Below are positions 59,718 through 64,000 of a stretch of DNA of 64,000 nucleotides, in pieces. This stretch comes from an uncultured Chloroflexia bacterium (GTDB taxonomy: Bacteria > Chloroflexota > Limnocylindria > Limnocylindrales > CSP1-4): NCBI GenBank assembly GCA_963714675.1, contig CAVQPG010000001.1, forward strand, positions 44,598 to 108,597, written 5' to 3'. The number at the start of each line of letters is the position of its first letter. Position 1 is the stretch's first letter. The notes beneath the pieces were generated by a model, which saw only the letters and a list, made by a program, of their open reading frames with translations, did no database searches and was not told the DNA's origin. The translations under genes were made by a program, and so were the position numbers.

Positions 59718-60836
59718 TCAACCCGCAGTGCCGTCAGCAGGGAGGCGGATCTCGAAGCGTGCCCCGTGTGGCGCCACGCTCGAGACCTCGGCCGTACCAC
59801 CCTGGGCATCGGCGAGCGCCCGAACGATGGACAACCCAAGACCCGAGGTGCCCGCGCCGGGCTGCGATCCGGGGTCGATGCGATAGAAGCGCTCGAAGAC
59901 GTGGGGCAGGTCCGCCGGTGGAATCCCGGGACCGTCGTCGCGAACGACCAGCTCGACGGTTTGGCCATCGTGCCGGCCCTCGATGACCACGGATCCACCG
60001 CTCGGGGTATGCCGCAAGGCGTTGTCTGCGAGCGCTCCCAGCATCTGGCCCAGGCGCTGGCGATCGGCCCGGACGCGGAGCGGGACGTCGCGCAGGTCCG
60101 CTGTCAGTCGGACGCCGGCCAGCTCGGCTGCAGGCCCAAAGGTGGTGACCGCCTCGCGCACGACCTCGGCAGCGTCCAGCGCCACCATCTCCAGCGGCAG
60201 CTGTCGGGCCTCAGCGAGGCTGACCGTGCGCAGGTCGTCCACGATGCGCGACAGTGCCTGCGATTGCCCACGGATCGTCTCGAGGTGGCGATCGTCGTGC
60301 TCGTAGACCCCGTCGAGGATGGCGGTGGTCGTGGCATCGATGACCGTCAGTGGCGTCTTGAGCTCGTGCGCGGCGTCCTGGAAGAGGCGGCGGCGGATGG
60401 CGTCCGAACGCTCGAGCGACGCGGCCATCGAATCGAACGAGCGGCCCAGGTCGCCGATCTCGTCGGATCGGTCGGCCACGTCGGACCGACGCTCGAGGTC
60501 CCCTGCCGCGAGGTCGGCCGCAGCGTCGCGCAGTCGGCCCAGCGGTGCGACGAGCCGGCGGGCCACGAGGAACCCGAGCACCGAGGCGCCCGCTGCGGCC
60601 GCGACCCCGAGGGCGATGATGGCGAGTGCGGTCTCGCGTTGAGCGCGACCGGGTCCCCTGCCCTCGCGCGGGCCGGGCCCGAGGCCCTGGCCCTGCGCCT
60701 GGGCGCGCGGCTCGACGTCATCGGCCAGCTGGGCGAACCCGCGATCCACGATGCCCGGGGTGGCGACCGCGATGATGCCGGCGGTCACGAGCGCGACGAG
60801 CGCGAAGATGAGCGCGAGCCTGACGCGGAGGCTCAT
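59718..60836 (-). CDS. sensor histidine kinase (two TM helices, HAMP, HisKA, HATPase)
   Basis: H-box [10 protein letters not shown] and G-boxes ([10 protein letters not shown]); the start overlaps the regulator's stop (ATGA). Confidence 0.85.
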   Translation of the reverse strand: MSLRVRLALIFALVALVTAGIIAVATPGIVDRGFAQLADDVEPRAQAQGQGLGPGPREGRGPGRAQRETALAIIALGVAAAAGASVLGFLVARRLVAPLGRLRDAAADLAAGDLERRSDVADRSDEIGDLGRSFDSMAASLERSDAIRRRLFQDAAHELKTPLTVIDATTTAILDGVYEHDDRHLETIRGQSQALSRIVDDLRTVSLAEARQLPLEMVALDAAEVVREAVTTFGPAAELAGVRLTADLRDVPLRVRADRQRLGQMLGALADNALRHTPSGGSVVIEGRHDGQTVELVVRDDGPGIPPADLPHVFERFYRIDPGSQPGAGTSGLGLSIVRALADAQGGTAEVSSVAPHGARFEIRLPADGTAG

Positions 60837-61517
60837 CGTCGAGCGGCCCGATAGCCCACGCCGCGAACGGTCTCGACGTAGTCACCACCGCCGGGCGAGC
60901 GCCCGAGCTTGCGGCGCAGGTTCTTGACGTGGCTGTCCATCGTGCGATCGTCCGCCTCGAACGCTTCGCCGTAGATGCGCTCACCCAAGCTGACCTCGTC
61001 CCAGGACCGTGCCCGGCCGCTCGGTGAGGGTCGCGAACAGGTCGAACTCGACGCGGGTCAGGGAGATGGGCTCGCCGGCACGAGTGACCTCGCGGCCGTC
61101 GATATCGATCTCGAGGTCCAGGAATGCGGGGGCGGAGTGCGAGGGGGGCGCCTCGCCGCGACGACGGAGGACAGCGCCCACCCGGGCTACCAGCTCGCGC
61201 GGCTCGAATGGCTTGGTCACGTAGTCGTCCGCACCCATCTCCAGGCCGGCCACCCGGTCGATGAGGTCGTCGCGGGCGGTGAGCATGATGACGGCACTGT
61301 CCACACCCTCGGCACGGAGACCGCGCAGCACGTCGAAGCCGGAGCGACCCGGCAAGCCCACATCGAGCACGATGAGGTCCGGTCGGAGCGAGCACGCCAG
61401 CTCGAAGGCCGCATCTCCGTCAGATGCGGTGTCGACCTCGAGGCCCTCGCGGACAAGATAGGCACTGACCACGTCGGTGATGTGTGGCTCGTCGTCGACG
61501 ACGAGGATTCGTGGCAT
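60833..61517 (-). pseudogene. OmpR-family response regulator with a +1 frameshift at 60983 that severs the wHTH domain
   Basis: Receiver domain (ILVVDDEP...DVGLP...[10 protein letters not shown]) in one frame ends at a TGA; the conserved C-terminus (ERIYGEAF...TVRGVGYR) continues in the -1 frame to the ATGA overlap with the kinase gene. Confidence 0.7.
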
Positions 61518-61530
61518 GAGGCCTCGATGG

Positions 61531-61568
61531 TACGACGGCGGCCAGGGTCTCCCCCGGCCGCCGTCGTA
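61531..61568. terminator. terminator-like hairpin downstream of the DUF2202-like gene
   Basis: Perfect 13-bp inverted repeat TACGACGGCGGCC/GGCCGCCGTCGTA with a 12-nt loop. Confidence 0.45.
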
Positions 61569-61588
61569 GGTCAGCGTGGATTGCGGGG

Positions 61589-62500
61589 CTAGAGCCGGCC
61601 TTCGAAGGCGGCCAGGTGGTTTCGGCTGCCAGCCAGCAGGTGCGAGTACATCTCGAAGACGTCGGGCGCGTCCACTTCGAGGCCCTCCACTTCGAGGCCC
61701 TCCACTTCGAGGCCCGTCAGCCGTGACTCGAGGTCCGCGATGTCAAGCTCTTCGATCTGCACGCCCACACCGAGCGCCGCCTCGTAGCTGGCGGAGCCCT
61801 CCTCGAGAAGGCTGGTGTAGAGCGAGCCGAGGAGTTCGTTGTCGAAGTCGCCGGCGCCCGCAGGCAGGAAGGAGGTATCGATGCCGTAGCGCTCGAGCAC
61901 GATTCCGACGGCCGCCTGGTGGCGGGCCTCGGAGTCGGCGATGTTGCTGAAGATCGGGACGTCGTACAGCTCCGCGAACGCAGCGTAGACGTCGTGCGCC
62001 AGCTTCTCCTCCTCAGCCATGAAGATGAGGCCCTGCTCCTGCTCGGGGGTCAGGCTGCCCATCTGGACATCACAGTCATCGCAGGTGCCGGGGCCACGCT
62101 GGCCATCTTCGTTGGGCCCCTGGCCCGCGCCGCTCTTGCTGTTCTGACCATTGACGTTCGCGTTCGCGTTACCGCGGTTGCCGTTGGCACTCGCGATCCG
62201 ACGGCTGTTGTCGTTCCACGTCTGCGTCTCGGTGGTGTTGGCTACGCCTGCCCGCACCTGCCCGCCACCGCCGGCGTTGGCCTGAGTACCGGTCGACTGG
62301 TTGGCGCCCGAACCATCGCGCATACGCATCTGCTGCGCCTGGGGCGCGTCAGGGGTGCAGTCGCCGTCGCATGTGGCGTCGCCGCCTCCGCCGTTGGGAC
62401 CCTTGGCCAGGACAGCGGTGGGAGCAAGAGCGGCGACCGTCAGGGTCAGCGCGGTCGAGAATGCGAGGATCGTCCGTGGGGAGCGGGTCGTCATGTCCAT
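61589..62500 (-). CDS. secreted ferritin-like (DUF2202-like) domain protein with Gly/Asn-rich low-complexity region
   Basis: Signal peptide; the ferritin-like segment EEEKLAHDVY...IFSNIADSEARHQAA; AAGGAG RBS. Confidence 0.65.
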   Translation of the reverse strand: MDMTTRSPRTILAFSTALTLTVAALAPTAVLAKGPNGGGGDATCDGDCTPDAPQAQQMRMRDGSGANQSTGTQANAGGGGQVRAGVANTTETQTWNDNSRRIASANGNRGNANANVNGQNSKSGAGQGPNEDGQRGPGTCDDCDVQMGSLTPEQEQGLIFMAEEEKLAHDVYAAFAELYDVPIFSNIADSEARHQAAVGIVLERYGIDTSFLPAGAGDFDNELLGSLYTSLLEEGSASYEAALGVGVQIEELDIADLESRLTGLEVEGLEVEGLEVDAPDVFEMYSHLLAGSRNHLAAFEGRL

Positions 62501-62622
62501 ATCTCCTTGTGTCGCGCGTCAGGGACGCGCTGTCGGTTGACTACCCACAACCATGACTCGCGCACGCGCAGGCACGGTGGACCGCGGATGGAGATTGCGT
62601 GGAGATGTGCGCCCGGCCCGGT

Positions 62623-64000
62623 TCAGGCGTGCGGCCAGCCCTTCACGTAGCGCAGCTGGTCGGGCATGGTCAGGGTGTGCGCTCGAGCAGCGTGGACCCG
62701 GTCGATCGCGTCGGCGGCAGGAAGCCCCGCCTCGCGCAGCAGGCAGGCCGCGGTCATGCCGGCTCGATCGAGGCCACCCCGGCAGGCGATCGCGACGGTC
62801 GTGCCCGCACGCACCCGCTCCGCCAGGGCAGCGATGGTCCGGCGATAGGCCACATCGTCTCGGGGCGGCTGGGGGTCCTCGATAGGGTGGCGGATCAGCT
62901 CGATCCCGTGCTCCGGCAGGACCTCGGTCACGTGCGTCGCGTGGCAACGGCGAAGCTCCTTGTCCTCCACCAGCAGGAGGAGCACGTCCACGCCCTGGTC
63001 CCGCAGGCTGGCCGCGTCGCTGTCGAGGTCGCGCCAGTGCGGACCGGTGTAGTAGCCCATGTAGCGCTTGCCCGGCAGGAAGGTCATACCCGCACGGCCG
63101 CCTCCGTCGGCGAGCTCCGAGCCCGAGAGATCCATGAAGTCGACACGCAGGGCCCTCCCGTGCGATGTCCGCCAGGGCGTGCCATCCCACTCCGAACGGT
63201 CGGTCTCGATGAGCCGGTCGACGAGGGCCTGCGCGATGGGCCGGTCACGCAGGCGGCGCTGCCACCCCGATGGCACAGCCTCGATCCCGAAGGCCACGCC
63301 CGCGAGACCCCCAGCGATGGCGGCCGTGGTGTCGGTGTCCTCGCCGTAGCCGATCGCCGACGTCACGGCCGACACGTAGTCGGGTGCCACCGCGAAGGCA
63401 TCCCAGGCCGACCAGAAGCTGTCGACGACCCGCCCGCGTCCACCGCGACCACTCCAGGCCTCGAAGACCTCGAGCGCGGCGGACGCTTCGGTCGGTGCAG
63501 CGGCCTCCCGGGAGCCCGGGAGGCCTCGGACGCGCAGCTCACCTCGGAGGCATCGGAGGGCATCGGCCAGGATGGCTGGTCGGTCGTCATCACCGGCCAG
63601 CAGCCGGCGCACGACCAGGACATAGAGCCCGCAGGCGATCTGCGCCTCCGCGCTACCGTGCGTCACGCGTGAGGCGCGGAAGGCCAGAGCCAGCAGCTCG
63701 GCGTCATCGACATCGCGGCAGACCAGCGGGAGCGGCAGGATCCGCATCAAGGAGCCGTTGCCCTTGGCATCGGTCGCGCCCGCCTCCTCAGCTGGCGTCC
63801 CTGAACGCAACTCGTGCAGGGCAGCCGTGGTCGAGATGCCCACGTCGAAGACCACCCCGCCCGGGGCGTATGCGCCCGCATCGCGCCAGGCCAGGACCCG
63901 GCGGCCCTGGTCGGCCGGGTCGAAGCCAGCTGAGAGCAGCGAGTCGAGCAGCGCCAGCATCAGCGCACCATCGTCGCTCCAGGTGCCCGGCGGCTGGCCA
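62623..64000 (-). CDS. ADP-ribosylglycohydrolase-family domain fused to a C-terminal CX5R (PTP/dual-specificity-like) phosphatase domain; partial, N-terminus beyond window end
   Basis: ARH motifs (LEDDGALMLAL, DVGISTT, GNGSLMRI) followed by a phosphatase P-loop VAIACRGGLDRAGM; the frame stays open to position 64000. Confidence 0.7.
   Translation of the reverse strand, partial: GQPPGTWSDDGALMLALLDSLLSAGFDPADQGRRVLAWRDAGAYAPGGVVFDVGISTTAALHELRSGTPAEEAGATDAKGNGSLMRILPLPLVCRDVDDAELLALAFRASRVTHGSAEAQIACGLYVLVVRRLLAGDDDRPAILADALRCLRGELRVRGLPGSREAAAPTEASAALEVFEAWSGRGGRGRVVDSFWSAWDAFAVAPDYVSAVTSAIGYGEDTDTTAAIAGGLAGVAFGIEAVPSGWQRRLRDRPIAQALVDRLIETDRSEWDGTPWRTSHGRALRVDFMDLSGSELADGGGRAGMTFLPGKRYMGYYTGPHWRDLDSDAASLRDQGVDVLLLLVEDKELRRCHATHVTEVLPEHGIELIRHPIEDPQPPRDDVAYRRTIAALAERVRAGTTVAIACRGGLDRAGMTAACLLREAGLPAADAIDRVHAARAHTLTMPDQLRYVKGWPHA

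Overview
High-GC (~70%), gene-dense bacterial chromosome segment with an actinobacterial flavour: several F420-dependent enzyme families (two Ddn/DUF385 proteins and an LLM oxidoreductase), frequent GTG/TTG starts, and GTGA/ATGA start-stop overlaps. Genes are listed in window order.

Window start to ~15.7 kb: a partial hypothetical membrane protein at the edge; a housekeeping minus-strand operon (gltX, a SnoaL-like protein, an OmpR-type response regulator and a PAS histidine kinase, SenX3/RegX3-like); a J-domain protein; an asparaginase-II-family protein; upp; a PfkB-family kinase that appears frameshifted; an SDR; a MetE-C-terminal-like protein; and a NitT/TauT-type ABC importer led by a class III aminotransferase.

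~15.8 to ~24 kb: two small membrane proteins; a Ddn/DUF385 protein, a nitroreductase, ProC, an LLM F420-dependent oxidoreductase, a SAM methyltransferase and a signal-less BtuF-like binding protein; then a NatAB-like ABC-2 exporter and a 7Fe ferredoxin.

~24 to ~35 kb: a cupredoxin whose membrane anchor appears frameshifted; zf-trcl, YHS, LOG and RpiB; an AlkD-like protein and a flavodoxin/HemG-like protein; a UbiA prenyltransferase translationally coupled to a DUF547 protein; a lipoprotein, GerW/YtfJ and DUF1294; and the hmuTUV heme importer.

~35.3 to 43.8 kb: a tRNA-Gly(TCC) followed by three direct, partial copies of its 3' half. All three partial copies share an upstream arm that is not tRNA sequence. 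I read these as attR scars of serially integrated, now degraded elements. The cargo between them is two paralogous membrane proteins, a quinone-oxidoreductase pseudogene fragment, a TetR regulator and DHA2 MFS exporter, a P1B-5-type ATPase with a C-terminal hemerythrin/HHE domain, and an ACR3 transporter.

43.9 kb to the window end: a second Ddn-family protein; FetAB-like iron export; a quinone oxidoreductase; a 50-bp tandem repeat; an MDR alcohol dehydrogenase; a Fur-family regulator fused to a SAM methyltransferase, with an upstream Fur-box-like inverted repeat; DUF302; a cold-shock protein; a co-directional cydABDC and feoA-feoB-feoC array, in which feoB is interrupted by an in-frame amber codon; an OmpR/HK two-component pair with a frameshifted regulator; a secreted ferritin-like DUF2202-like protein; and a partial ADP-ribosylglycohydrolase fused to a CX5R phosphatase.

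At least four single-nucleotide indels hit conserved genes, plus the feoB amber, so the segment is either decaying or the assembly carries errors. No CRISPR arrays, rRNA genes, integrases or transposases were seen.
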